A stretch of 64,000 bases of DNA from an uncultured Candidatus Binatia bacterium (lineage in GTDB: Bacteria > Desulfobacterota > Binatia > UBA9968 > CAXXLF01), in assembly GCA_965218425.1 (NCBI GenBank), contig OZ244621.1, forward strand, positions 672,001 to 736,000, given 5' to 3'. Under the pieces are notes generated by a model. That model was not told the DNA's origin, made no database searches, and saw only the letters and a list, made by a program, of their open reading frames with translations. Below, piece after piece: positions 18,392 to 28,705 of the stretch (position 1 is the first letter of the stretch; each line of letters starts with the position of its first letter). The translations under genes were made by a program, and so were the position numbers.

Positions 18392-19282
18392 TTACTTTGA
18401 GGACGATTCCCCGGTGAAAGACGGCGCCTTACCCTGGAGCAAGGCGCCCATTTCGGCAGCAGGTAGGCGCAGGCCGACATAGAAGGGGCCGAAAAGCGCG
18501 TATATGGCGCTGGCTTCGTCGAAGCGCATCTCGTAGACGATCTTCTTGAACTCCAGGGGATCATCGGCAAAGAGGTCCACGCCCCACTCCCAGTCGTCAA
18601 ATCCCATGGACCCTGAGATGATCTGGTTGATCTTGCCGGCGTATCTCCGGCCCACCATGCCATGATCGTGGAGCATCCGCTGGCGATCCTTCATGGGAAC
18701 CTGAAACCAGTTTTGGCTTTCTCCCCGCTTCCTTCCCATGGGGTAGAAACAGAGATGCCGCCGGGGTGGAATCTTTGGCCACAGCCTGGGCGCCATGGCT
18801 TTGCGCTGCACAGCTAATTCCGCCTCCACCGCCTCGGCCCACTCAGGGGAACCGGGCAGGGTCCCTTTTTCCTTGAGCTCGCGGTAAAAACGGCCGGTCA
18901 TCTGGTACAGACCCAACTCCACCACCGAGAGATACGAAGTAGTGGGTTCCAGGAACCGGGCCAGGGGGAGATTGGCCAACCGCAGCTCTGCGCCGTTCAG
19001 CTCCTCAAGGGTCCGACGGAAGTGGAAGATCATGAGATCCCCTTTGTGTCCCAACAACGAAAAGAAAGCCGATTGCCCATCCTCACCCTGTTCCATTTTT
19101 TCCAGCGCGGAGGTGGTTTCTTTGATGACACGCTCCTGGTCGTGTGAAGTGAGATCCCTCCAATCAGACCAACGGATACGAAACATCTGGTGAAGGATAC
19201 TCCATCCATCCAAGGTCAGCGGAACCCCGGGCAAACCATCGTCTTGTGATTTTACTTTTTTGTTCACTTTTTCCCTTTCCAT
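18392..19282 (-). CDS. Heme-dependent peroxidase, coproheme decarboxylase (HemQ/ChdC)-like
   Basis: TLDGWSILH, CFYPM, HGMVGRRY, GFDDWEWGV, FKKIVYEMRFDE. Confidence 0.8.
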   Translation of the reverse strand: MEREKVNKKVKSQDDGLPGVPLTLDGWSILHQMFRIRWSDWRDLTSHDQERVIKETTSALEKMEQGEDGQSAFFSLLGHKGDLMIFHFRRTLEELNGAELRLANLPLARFLEPTTSYLSVVELGLYQMTGRFYRELKEKGTLPGSPEWAEAVEAELAVQRKAMAPRLWPKIPPRRHLCFYPMGRKRGESQNWFQVPMKDRQRMLHDHGMVGRRYAGKINQIISGSMGFDDWEWGVDLFADDPLEFKKIVYEMRFDEASAIYALFGPFYVGLRLPAAEMGALLQGKAPSFTGESSSK

Positions 19283-19348
19283 CGCCAACGCCTCATTTTA
19301 TCTTCATTCACTTGCCGGCTTCAACCCTGTTTGTTCTTGTCTCTCTTG
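19282..19348 (+). repeat. ~66 bp segment duplicated at 60174-60241
   Basis: Manual alignment gives about 4 substitutions and 1 indel. Confidence 0.85.
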
Positions 19349-19350
19349 GT

Positions 19351-19740
19351 AAAGGGGTCAAATCTTTTATTGACAAATAACATCTTCCGGATTTTCCAGC
19401 CGCCTCCGAAATCTTCTATCCACTTCATGCTTTAAGTGAATCCCATGGCACGCCCGGCCCACCGCACCGCAACTCTTCACTCCAGACTCCCTGGCTGCTT
19501 CCACCAACGTCATGTCGCTTAGCCTCTCATTAGGCACATCCCAACTTTCCTCCCCTCGTTCTCCCCTCCTCTGCGGCTCCTCACCAGATCTTCTACCCCC
19601 CATAGATCGTGTGCCTGTGAAACCGTCTTCAGAAATTCCCCATAGTCGCCCCTGCTTAGGAACACCTTTCGGCGGGCGGATCCTCGGTTCATCAAATGAT
19701 AGACCGCACCCCGATATTCAATGCGTAAGGGCCGTGACAT
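19351..19740 (-). mobile_element. Internally deleted RAYT-like Y1 (HUH) transposase with C-terminal HTH and its GGGGTCA end (family 2)
   Basis: N-terminus MSRPLRIEYRGAVYHLMNRG--RRKVF joined to a frameshifted C-terminal segment (MTLVEAARESGV...AV). The HUH core is missing. Ends ...TGTCAATAAAAGATTTGACCCCTTT. Confidence 0.8.
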
Positions 19741-20050
19741 TGATAGCCTTAATTGCGGATTTGCTCCAACGTCTGAAGCCGTTCCGTCTGCAATGTCACC
19801 ATCATCCTCCCATCTTCCCTGATTTGTAGACTTCAGGCTCATCTCTCGTTGGATTCCCTACCTCCCCTCAGGCTCACTTCTCATTGGACAAGACCCCCCC
19901 TTGACTAGAACTCCGCGAGGCTCTACCATGGCTTCGCGGCGAATGGGATGCGGGAACCGGCGGAGACATAACCGCTCCGGTTCACGACTTGGGGAAGCAG
20001 GTTCAAGTCTGCCCCCGTACAAGTTTACCCTACTAGATGGGAGGTCTCGG

Positions 20051-20932
20051 ATGGACAGGAATTCGATAGATCCAAAGGTTTACGATCTCTACGACGAGTA
20101 CTGCCATAGCCCGATGGACCGTCGTGAGTTTCTTCGCCGTGCCAGCGTCCTGGCCGTTGTCGGAGGGTCGGGGCTGTTGATGGCGCGGGCGCTGCTGCCC
20201 AACTACGCCAGGGCGCAGATGATCTCCTTCACCGACAAGCGCATCAAGGCGCGCTATGTCGGGTACGACTCGCCTGGCGGCAACTCCGGCAAGATGCGGG
20301 GGTATCTGGTCCAGCCGGCCGGTCCGGGTCCGTTTCCCGCCGTTGTGGTCATTCACGAGAACCGCGGCCTCAATCCGCACATCGAAGATGTCGCGCGGCG
20401 TGCCGCGGTCGCAGGGTTCCTCGCCCTGGCGCCCGACGGCCTTGCGCCGATCGGTGGCTATCCCGGCAATGACGACGAGGGCAAGACGATGCAGCGGAGC
20501 CTCGACAGAGGCAAACTGCGCACCGATCTTCTCAACAGCGCCAAGTATCTCAAAGCCCACGCGCTATCGAACGGGAAACTGGGGGCTACCGGCTTCTGCT
20601 TTGGCGGAGGCATAGTCAATTTTCTCGCGGTCCAGATGGGAAGCGATCTGAACGCCGGCGTGCCGTTCTATGGCTCCGCCCCAAAGGCGGCTGACGTCGC
20701 CAAGATCAAGGCGCCGCTCCTGATCCATTACGCGGAAAACGACCCGCGTATCAACAAGAAGGCCCCCGGCTTCATCGAGGCGCTGAAGGCCAACAGCGTA
20801 ACGCACGAGGCGCATACCTATCCCGGAACGCGCCACGGCTTTCACAACAATTCGACGCCGCGCTACGACGAAACCGCCGCAAAGCTTGCGTGGGAGCGGA
20901 CGGTCGCCTTCTTCAGGAAGCATCTGTCGTAG
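20051..20932 (+). CDS. Dienelactone hydrolase family (YghX-like) with Tat-like motif
   Basis: YDEYCH--MDRREF, HENRGLNPHI, GFCFGG, HGFHN. Confidence 0.9.
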   Translation: MDRNSIDPKVYDLYDEYCHSPMDRREFLRRASVLAVVGGSGLLMARALLPNYARAQMISFTDKRIKARYVGYDSPGGNSGKMRGYLVQPAGPGPFPAVVVIHENRGLNPHIEDVARRAAVAGFLALAPDGLAPIGGYPGNDDEGKTMQRSLDRGKLRTDLLNSAKYLKAHALSNGKLGATGFCFGGGIVNFLAVQMGSDLNAGVPFYGSAPKAADVAKIKAPLLIHYAENDPRINKKAPGFIEALKANSVTHEAHTYPGTRHGFHNNSTPRYDETAAKLAWERTVAFFRKHLS

Positions 20933-21007
20933 TCATCGTCGTCCATAGACTGAGGTGGGGTCGCTGACTGCCTGGACACAATGGCGTCCTTCATTCCGCT
21001 TTCCGTT

Positions 21008-21139
21008 AAAGGGATCAAATCTTTAGTTGACAATAACATCTTCCGGATTTTCCAGCCGCCTCCGAAATCTTCTATCCGCCTCACGCTTTAAGTGAATCCC
21101 ATGGCACGCCCAGCCCACCACACCGCAACTCTTCACTCC
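21008..21139 (+). repeat. GGGGTCA-type end, family 2 (RAYT 3' remnant)
   Basis: Diverged direct repeat of 19351-19483. Confidence 0.9.
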
Positions 21140-21154
21140 CAATTACCTGAAATT

Positions 21155-21217
21155 GGTGTCAGGTAACATGAAAAAGGGGTCAGCTCCAGCAGGATGGCGG
21201 TTGTAGCGGCCGTCAAA
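21155..21217 (+). mobile_element. Partial copy of the GG(G/T)GTCAGGTAACATG / IS110 left-end unit
   Basis: Aligns with 7876-7939. Confidence 0.75.
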
Positions 21218-21317
21218 TTCAACTCCGAAATGATCAAAACACGTTATCCCAAGACATGCCCCCTTCTACTCGGGATGGCGGCGTTCCAATGAGGGGGGAT
21301 TCGTGAGGCGCCGCCCG

Positions 21318-21430
21318 GCCCGATTCAACGGCCCTTTAAGGCCCGTTTTTCGAGCCCTGAATGCCCTTTAAAATCCAGCCGGTTTCCGGCCCGTTTCTAT
21401 CTAATTCTGCCGGAATTTCCAATTATTTCC
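21318..21430 (-). repeat. Inverted homologue of 7687-7777
   Basis: Shared GGAAATAATTGGAAAT and AGGGCTCGAAAAACGGGCCTTAAA-GGCCGTT-AATCGGG. Confidence 0.75.
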
Positions 21431-21822
21431 ATCCGCCCACAACGCCGCAGCCCAAGTCGCGGGGGTCATCAAAAAAGTCGTGGGATTCAAGGCCGAGCCG
21501 CTGCCGTTGCAGGCTGAGGCCGAAGCGTTCCATGGGACAGAAAGACGGGGCGGCGCCGAGGGTGAGTACGCGCGGACCGCGCCCCCAGATCCATGGGACA
21601 CTCCCCCGGATGGAGACCGAAGAAACTCCAAGCCGTCACCTGGCGATCTGCGAAAAAACAGGATGACACGCGGTACCTTCGCCCCGGACAATCTGAATCG
21701 GCGCTGATTCCCGAACCACCTTGGGCCTGCTTGGTCCGATTGCGCCGGCTGGCCCACTCGATCTCGGCCGGGGTGGGCCAAGGTATTGCGTAATGGCCGC
21801 CGGGGACATGATGGATGCGCGT

Positions 21823-21946
21823 ACCGTCGCAGGCGCCAACGCCGTCATCGCCCTGCGATGTTGCAAACTCAGCGGACGCTTCGAGAACTTCCGGGAACGA
21901 CGGGCCACCGCCGGAAAACGCACGATCACAAAACTGACCTGCTCCC
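21823..21946 (+). mobile_element. ISKra4-like transposase 3' remnant with terminal IR
   Basis: TVAGANAVIALRCCKLSGRFENF-ERR followed by TCACAAAACTGACCTGCTCCC. Family recognised from memory. Confidence 0.55.
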
Positions 21947-21982
21947 GCAAGCCGGACAGAAAGGGATAAGCCGCGTATGGGT

Positions 21983-22942
21983 TTACCGCAGTACGAACTG
22001 AACCGGGACAACCAGCACAACCTGTGTCCGATCCAAGCTGTCAGGAATCCGTGGTAGCGGCTGAGCGCGTTTGATCATTGCAATGGCCGCCCGGTCCAAT
22101 AAATCATAGCCGCTGCTCCTCTTGATCCGGTAATCCCGCAAGCGCCCGTCTCGATCTATCACGAAATAGAGATAAACCGTGCCTTCTTGACGGCGAGATC
22201 GGGCTCTTCTGGGATATTCTTTGTATTTCTCCAACCATGCTTGCAGCCGCGCCATGTAATCCGCCCGTGCGCCGGCCATGCCGCCGTCGCCGATGGAGCT
22301 GGGACCGGCCCCGGCACCCGATCGGCCAAGCGCACCCGGTACCGCAACCGATTCGATTTCCACGGCAGTCGCAACGGTCTCGGCCCGCGCGGCCTCGACA
22401 AGGGTCGCGGCGGCCGGGGTCACCGCCTCCACCTCCAGGGGATCCCGTGGCGGCGCACCGGCCTCCTCAGCCAGGCGCGGCGCCAAAGTCGGCTCGGGCG
22501 ACGTCGCTTCGACCAACTCCGCAGGCGACGCCTGTTCTACCGGCTGTGACGCAACCGATCCGATCTCCACGGCAGTCCCGGCGGTCTCGGCCCGCGCGGC
22601 CTCGACCTCGGCGGGCTTCACCATCTCCGGCACGACGGGTTCTATGGCCAGTGCCGGAACCGGCGCCGGTGACATTGTGACCGTCTTTTCACTAGGTCCT
22701 TGCAGGGCGGTTTCGGTGGCGACCACCCGCTCCGCCTCAAGTATCCTCGTGATCGTTCCGGCAACGCTGCCTGGTTGAGCGACGGCAGAGCCAAGCGATA
22801 TCTCGATCCCAGCCGGTTCGGTGCTCTCGGTACTTTCGGTCCAGCGGATATTCGGCTGCCACAACAGTCCCGCCATCACGATGACATGCATCAGCACGGC
22901 CGATGAAAACGCCATCATCCAATGGTACCGGCCGATTCGCAT
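21983..22942 (-). CDS. tonB: Energy transducer TonB
   Basis: N-terminal TM with S---H, Pro/Ala-rich linker with a 57 bp duplication (22343-22399 / 22550-22606), YPRRAR---QEG-V, SSG--LLD-AA. Confidence 0.85.
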   Translation of the reverse strand: MRIGRYHWMMAFSSAVLMHVIVMAGLLWQPNIRWTESTESTEPAGIEISLGSAVAQPGSVAGTITRILEAERVVATETALQGPSEKTVTMSPAPVPALAIEPVVPEMVKPAEVEAARAETAGTAVEIGSVASQPVEQASPAELVEATSPEPTLAPRLAEEAGAPPRDPLEVEAVTPAAATLVEAARAETVATAVEIESVAVPGALGRSGAGAGPSSIGDGGMAGARADYMARLQAWLEKYKEYPRRARSRRQEGTVYLYFVIDRDGRLRDYRIKRSSGYDLLDRAAIAMIKRAQPLPRIPDSLDRTQVVLVVPVQFVLR

Positions 22943-23012
22943 CAGCGTTTTCCGGGCAAGGTGAGAAGGTGGAGTTTCTCAACTCCGGCATCGCGCAACA
23001 ACTCCATCACAA
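22942..23012 (-). pseudogene. 3' fragment of an ExbD/TolR-like gene, cut at a GGGGTCA end
   Basis: VMELLRDAGVEKLHLLT*, with its stop overlapping the tonB start. Confidence 0.6.
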
Positions 23013-23028
23013 AGGGGTCAAATCTTTT

Positions 23029-24652
23029 CGGTCTGTTGCCCAAACGTCGGTTCAATAGCGCAATAGATCCAATCGAGCTATAACGTGTTTGTTTGCTCAA
23101 GCTATGACGGCTTGCTGCAAGACCATTGGATGGGGGGCCGCAAAGCGAATGGCCGCCCTCGTTGCTGCAGCCAATACGGCTCTGGGTTTTGGCCGTGTAT
23201 GAACAATCATCAGCTGGATGTTGTGCACAACGGCAATCAAGTAATCCTGAATCTGAACCCGCCAACGACCACGCCACCGCGCTCGTTTCAGTCCGTATCG
23301 TTTCCCTTGAGCAAACGATCGTTCCATGAAATGCTGACGAACCTTGATATCTCTTCTTGCTGCTTGACTCCGTGCCCGGCTACGCACGCTATCCAATATC
23401 TCCTGGCGCTCATGGCGTTTGATGGTTCGCCCCGCACTTTGACAGTGAGTGCATTGGAGCCGCAAGGCACACTGCTGACACACCCCGCGGCTCGTCACGT
23501 ACTCAAACGCTTTGCGCTCCACCCAGTGCTTACGCCGCCTAAGCGGTTGCCCTGCCGGACATGTATAAGTGTCGGTTTCTGGGTCATAAACAAACATACT
23601 TTCAGGAAATATCTTGCTCCGACGCTCCTGCTTATCCTGAGTCTGTTTCAATACCGCAATGTGAGCCATTACCCCACGGTCATAGCACTCCAGAAAATTA
23701 GCTGTAGTCCCGTACTTGCTGTCGGCTACCACCACCTGGGCACTGCGTTGGGTATGGGCCTGATGATCCTTAAGGAGATCTGTCATGCGATGTGCTTCAT
23801 TCTCATCCCCAGGGCCAACCATCGTCGCGGTAATCACCCCATACGCACCGTCAATCCCTCGGTGGGTCTGATAACGCAAATTAGAGTTCCCTTTCTTTCC
23901 CTTGCGTAGCACCGAGGCATCTGGATCGGTCGCCGACACGTAGCGCTGGTTGACAACGTTTTGCCGGGCAGGGTTCTGCGGTGGATCCTCATGCTTGTCC
24001 TCTCTTGCCTGTTCCCGCTCCTCCAATCGCCCCTCCAACTCCTTGTATGCTGGCCTCAGGTAACGTTTAAGCCCCTGGGTGTCTATGATCGAGTGGCTCG
24101 ATGCATCCGCAGCAATCAAACTGGAGTCGCAAAATAGCTTACTCCCGTCTACTAACCCGCTCTCCACACACTGCCACACTACTGGTTCGAAAAAGGAGCG
24201 AAACCACTCTACCCCCCAACGCCTCCTCGCCTTGCTCAGAACGCTGTGCTCGGGTATCTCCGAATCCAACTCCAATCCCAGAAACCACAACCAGTCCAGC
24301 CGCTCCGGTAATGTCGCCATCAACTCCCGCTCGCTACCAACGTTGTACAGCACCAAAAGCATCATCAGCTTTAATATCATTGGCGGTGCAATCGATACGT
24401 TGCCGTTGTATCCATATCGATCCTTGACTTCTTGGTACACAAAATCAAAATCCACCATCCGTGCTACTTTGCGTAACACGTGGTCCGCTCGTATTCGTTT
24501 CTCCAGATTGATCCCTGTGTAGAACAGTGAAGGCTGAGGGGGGGGTTGATGACCCATCATAGCTTTGCTCCCTAAGTACCGAAATAACTGAGAGCATTAT
24601 AACCAGAGGGCTCTCTTAACGCATTAAAAATATCGATTTAGGCAACAGACCG
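23029..24652 (-). mobile_element. IS1182-family insertion sequence, copy 1 (1624 bp)
   Basis: Terminal IR CGGTCTGTTGCC(C/T)AAA; essentially identical to 56102-57725. Confidence 0.92.
23097..24560 (-). CDS. IS1182-family DDE transposase
   Basis: SERELM, IPEHSVLSKAR, DSS, TDPDA, ADSKYG, YTCPAG, ERSFA--K. Confidence 0.92.
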   Translation of the reverse strand: MMGHQPPPQPSLFYTGINLEKRIRADHVLRKVARMVDFDFVYQEVKDRYGYNGNVSIAPPMILKLMMLLVLYNVGSERELMATLPERLDWLWFLGLELDSEIPEHSVLSKARRRWGVEWFRSFFEPVVWQCVESGLVDGSKLFCDSSLIAADASSHSIIDTQGLKRYLRPAYKELEGRLEEREQAREDKHEDPPQNPARQNVVNQRYVSATDPDASVLRKGKKGNSNLRYQTHRGIDGAYGVITATMVGPGDENEAHRMTDLLKDHQAHTQRSAQVVVADSKYGTTANFLECYDRGVMAHIAVLKQTQDKQERRSKIFPESMFVYDPETDTYTCPAGQPLRRRKHWVERKAFEYVTSRGVCQQCALRLQCTHCQSAGRTIKRHERQEILDSVRSRARSQAARRDIKVRQHFMERSFAQGKRYGLKRARWRGRWRVQIQDYLIAVVHNIQLMIVHTRPKPRAVLAAATRAAIRFAAPHPMVLQQAVIA

Positions 24653-24793
24653 CTTCGACTGCCCTTTTATCACCCGGTGGTGGAAGAGGGGCTACGCACG
24701 GCGCTCCGAAACCTGGCAATCAAGGTTAAAGCACCCCCTCCCAGTATCGAGTTGGCGTTATGTGGGGAAAGTGGAATTGAATGCTTAAGCTAG
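24653..24793 (+). pseudogene. C-terminal fragment of a dihydrolipoyl dehydrogenase-like oxidoreductase
   Basis: LRLPFYHPVVEEGLRTALR (HP----E active-site motif) begins at the IS end. Confidence 0.7.
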
Positions 24794-24811
24794 TTTGGGA
24801 GCCCCTTGTAC

Positions 24812-26164
24812 TCACAGAAGTTTTTCTTTCCAACGGCCTCGATAAAACCACAAGGCCATGGAACCTCCCCACACCGTAAATCCGCAGGACATGGCCATCC
24901 ACAAGCCGTTCTCCTGTAGATTAAATACATGGGGGAGTAGAAGGGCCGCACCAATCTGCACACCGGCCAAGGAGACTGCCGTGATCACCATTGGCGGAAC
25001 CGTGTCGCCGGATCCGCCTAGAGCCGCACCAAGAACCATGGCCGCGGCTAGAAACAAATAGAAGGGAGAGGTGATCTGAAGGAGTCTCGTGCCCTGGCGG
25101 ATCACTTCCGGATCTCGATTGAAAAGCCCTATGACACGGTCTCCGAAAAGCAAAAACACGATTGTGAAGCCCAACAGGATTGCGCCGTAGACAAAAAATG
25201 CGGCCCAGGCGGACTTTTCGGCTCGCTCGGGTTTGCGAGCTCCCAGGTTTTGACCCACCAAGGTTGAGGCGACACTTGCCATGCCCCAACCCGGTGACAG
25301 AACGATAATGAGCAAGCGGATGACGATTCCATAGGCGGCCAGAGTGTGGGTGCCGAAACTGGCAACGATCCTGATCATTGCTACAGCTGATACTGCACGG
25401 AACGAACGTTGGAAGGAGCGGGGAATTCCAATCCTAAGAATCTTCCAAAGCATGGTCCGATCCACGCGCATGGAGCGAAGCGAGACTTGAACGCCCCTGC
25501 ATCCGCGAAATAGAACGAAGACGAGGTACGAAGTGGCGCCCACATAGCATAAGACCAGACTGATGGCGGCCCCGTTCACACCCAGCGCAGGCACTGGACC
25601 CCAGCCAAACACAAGAATCGGTTCCAGGGTGACGGTAAGAAATGTCACCAGCAACATGGCCCGGGCGGGGATCCTAGCCTCGCCTGCACCTTGAAGGATC
25701 GCCATGATAGAATGGGCGAGCAAATATAGAGAAGCGCTCATGATGATGATGCGGAAGTAAGTAGAGGCCAATGGAACAACGGCGGGCGCGGCACCCAGCA
25801 TTATGGTTATGGGTCTTGCCAAGATCCCCCCCACGATAACGATGGGGAGAGAAATAAACAGCGCGAGGAATATCCCCTGTTGGGCCACATGAGACGCTTC
25901 CCCAAAATTCTTTGCCCCAACAGCGCGCGAGATGAGGGCCCGGAATCCCATGCTAGTCCCCGAGATAAAGGTCCAGAGAACGTCGAGTACGATCCCTCCA
26001 ATGGAGACAGCCGCAACGGCTTCTGGACCTAACTGGCCGACAAAATAGATGTCCGCAACACTCGAAAAGTTTTGCAGGAGACTGCCGACCACCATCGGAA
26101 CTGCCAGGAACCAAACCGCTCGGAAAATCGGCCCTTCGGTCAGATTGCGACTCTGTTCGTTCAC
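24812..26164 (-). CDS. MATE-family efflux transporter
   Basis: LTEGPI, AVGAK, GAGEARIP, LGVNGAA, VGQNLGA, GDTVPP. Confidence 0.9.
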   Translation of the reverse strand: MNEQSRNLTEGPIFRAVWFLAVPMVVGSLLQNFSSVADIYFVGQLGPEAVAAVSIGGIVLDVLWTFISGTSMGFRALISRAVGAKNFGEASHVAQQGIFLALFISLPIVIVGGILARPITIMLGAAPAVVPLASTYFRIIIMSASLYLLAHSIMAILQGAGEARIPARAMLLVTFLTVTLEPILVFGWGPVPALGVNGAAISLVLCYVGATSYLVFVLFRGCRGVQVSLRSMRVDRTMLWKILRIGIPRSFQRSFRAVSAVAMIRIVASFGTHTLAAYGIVIRLLIIVLSPGWGMASVASTLVGQNLGARKPERAEKSAWAAFFVYGAILLGFTIVFLLFGDRVIGLFNRDPEVIRQGTRLLQITSPFYLFLAAAMVLGAALGGSGDTVPPMVITAVSLAGVQIGAALLLPHVFNLQENGLWMAMSCGFTVWGGSMALWFYRGRWKEKLL

Positions 26165-26346
26165 GTTGAGCTAACCAAAATTTCCAGCATCTATTCTTAG
26201 CAAGGGAGCGCTGATCCTCCGGCCTCGCACCACCACCCACTCAGCGTAGTTAAAAGGAAGGTGAAGCGGTCCTTGCCAGCCTGCACCTGACCCCGGGTTC
26301 GTGCCCCCGCTCAACTGCGATCATCCCATGGGCAAGATGGTTGGTG

Positions 26347-27048
26347 TCAGGACAGGCTCTTCTCGATTCCAGCCTCGGCGATTCCATCAAGGTAGATCTT
26401 CCAAGCGATCATGGAATCCTCGGCAGCCTGCAGGGCCGCCTCTTTCTCATTATCCGCAGTCATATACTTTTCCAGTAACCGGACGGTGCCATCACTGTGG
26501 ACCCGGTCCACGGAATCGTGGAGGGTCCAGAATTCCATATCTTCCAGGGTAAGGCCGAGGTGACTTGTCCAATTCTCAGACTCCGCGGCGGAGAAATTTC
26601 CGCATTCCGGCTTATTGGTCCTCTCAAGCATCACCTTCGCCGCGGCACCTTCATACCAGGTACGATTCTTTGTCAGCGTCTCCCATGTGTGCAGCGCCAC
26701 AACGGTGGTGGGTAGCGGCTTAGCCTGCCAAATTTCATCGGCCGTGAGACCGATGGCGGCGCCTAATTGAAGTAGCAGATCGTAGTGGGAACGTCCTTCG
26801 ATTGCTTCCTCTTCGTAGAGGTTCTCGCCAACGATGAACTTCCGCAGCTCCATGTGAGGACAGTTCCCCACCACATAGGCCCAACAGCGCCGGCTGTGAC
26901 GGTTGAAAATCCCCCATTGCTGAACCAACACCCTGGCCCCCTCGACTCTCAGGCGGTCTTTCGAGTAAGCAAACCACTTCGATTTGGGATGATAGTTAGC
27001 AACGATTTTATCCAGCGCTTCAGCGAAAGGAGACTGTTGTCCACTCAT
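26347..27048 (-). CDS. Heme-oxygenase-like iron-containing redox enzyme (PqqC/TenA/CADD-like)
   Basis: ENLYEE-----SH and FWTLHDSVDRVH metal-ligand pattern. Confidence 0.75.
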   Translation of the reverse strand: MSGQQSPFAEALDKIVANYHPKSKWFAYSKDRLRVEGARVLVQQWGIFNRHSRRCWAYVVGNCPHMELRKFIVGENLYEEEAIEGRSHYDLLLQLGAAIGLTADEIWQAKPLPTTVVALHTWETLTKNRTWYEGAAAKVMLERTNKPECGNFSAAESENWTSHLGLTLEDMEFWTLHDSVDRVHSDGTVRLLEKYMTADNEKEAALQAAEDSMIAWKIYLDGIAEAGIEKSLS

Positions 27049-27695
27049 GGGTACCCCGCAATGCGATTGAATACGAACTCAACCTTCTGAAAATTAACCT
27101 ACGTTAGGCAACATGAGGTTGTCAACATCGCGTAGGCGTCCATTCCTGGCACTTTGCGCTTCGGGGACTTGCTTCGCTCCACGGGACTCCCGCAACGACC
27201 CATCGGGCCTGCACTCGTATGAACCTCCAGAGCTTCAAGGCTCCTCGTGGAGCGAGCTTCCGGCCGCAAGCAATAAGCCGTGAATATCCGAAGCTGAACG
27301 TTCGATACCCATGGCCTTACGTCTCGCTCCCCAGCGTCGCCTTGCGGTTTTGGGCGCAGGGGGCGTGGACCGAAGAGAGGGAGAGGTCCGGTACTGGAGG
27401 TTCAAGCCGTATTGGCACGTCGGATAAAATTAAGGGGCCTCGTGGCCGAGGTCCATCGGCTCCCGCTGAGGGGCACGTCCCCAATCCCTACCTCGCACGG
27501 GTAAATGAGCGTTCTCGCCGAGGAACCACTGAAGTGAAGGGACGCCAGCTCCTGTAAATGCAAGCTGAATCCGTTGCCAGGACTCAGGTTCTTAACTCAC
27601 GGAACCACACTTTTCGCGCTACAATTCTAGCAAGGTCAATCCTTGTTTGACTAAACGGAGGTTTCAATGTACGTAGGCCGCAAGGGAAAGAGGCA

Positions 27696-28682
27696 ATGGC
27701 GCAAACAGGAATTCTGGTGACCGGTGGAACAGGACTTGTAGGGGTCTATGCGGTAGCTATGCTCTTGGATCAAGGAGAACGGCCCGTTGTTTATGATGTG
27801 AAGCTGAACGAAAAGCTGCTCCACGCTGTGGGCGTGGACCCCAAAGCGGTCAGTTTGGTTCAGGGTGATATACTGGACTTGCCGGGGCTTAGATCCCTGA
27901 TCAAAAAAAACCATATCGACCGCGTAATCCACCTCGCGGCATCGCTGGGTGAGGAAGTGCAAAGACAACCCCACGTGGGCGCCCGGCTTAACGTCTTGGG
28001 AACGTTGAATGTCCTCGAAGCCGCACGGTTAGAGGGCATATCACGGGTGGTATACGGCAGTTCCGGGTCCGTCTACCTTGGTTCTCTTACCAAGGCAACC
28101 AAAAAGATTGACGAAACCATTCCCATCAATCCGCCGTCAATCTACGCCGCAACGAAAGCAAGTTCGGAATTGCTGGGTCATAGTTACGCACAGGGCTTCG
28201 GATTTGAGTTTATTATTGTCCGTTACGTCGGCGGTCTCTACGGACCATCCCCCGTATCTTTAAAGTCAACCCGGGAACAGGCCATTGGAGCCATGGTAAG
28301 GGCGGCCATCAAGGGCCAGCCCGCCTGCATCCAATGGCCCTATGGCCCATCGGAACTCGTGTATGGTAAGGACGCGGCAAAAGGGACTGTTCTGGCTTGC
28401 CTCAAGAGTAACCTTAAGGACCGTCTCTTTCACATCGGTAGTGGAGAATTGATAAGCGGAGATGACGTTGTTCAGGCACTGAAAAAACATTTTAACAACC
28501 TGAAAATCACGCTCAAAAAGAAAGGAAAGCCCCCCCTGCTCCACCCAGAATTGCAAACCTTAAACGATCATTCCCGCTCACGAGAGCGGCTTGGCTATGA
28601 GCCTGACTATCCGTTGGAAACCGCACTGAGTGACTACGCAGCCACCTTAAGAAAAATTGAAGCACCCTCGAGTCACCAGTAA
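27696..28682 (+). CDS. NAD-dependent epimerase/dehydratase (extended SDR)
   Basis: TGGTGLVG, HLAA, YAATK. Confidence 0.88.
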   Translation: MAQTGILVTGGTGLVGVYAVAMLLDQGERPVVYDVKLNEKLLHAVGVDPKAVSLVQGDILDLPGLRSLIKKNHIDRVIHLAASLGEEVQRQPHVGARLNVLGTLNVLEAARLEGISRVVYGSSGSVYLGSLTKATKKIDETIPINPPSIYAATKASSELLGHSYAQGFGFEFIIVRYVGGLYGPSPVSLKSTREQAIGAMVRAAIKGQPACIQWPYGPSELVYGKDAAKGTVLACLKSNLKDRLFHIGSGELISGDDVVQALKKHFNNLKITLKKKGKPPLLHPELQTLNDHSRSRERLGYEPDYPLETALSDYAATLRKIEAPSSHQ

Positions 28683-28705
28683 CTAAAAATGTTTCTGGAT
28701 TTTCC

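Noticed and set aside
27120..27600. ORF 27219-27557 or a structured RNA in the long intergenic region
   Set aside because: No recognisable motif, SD or RNA family signature; left unassigned.
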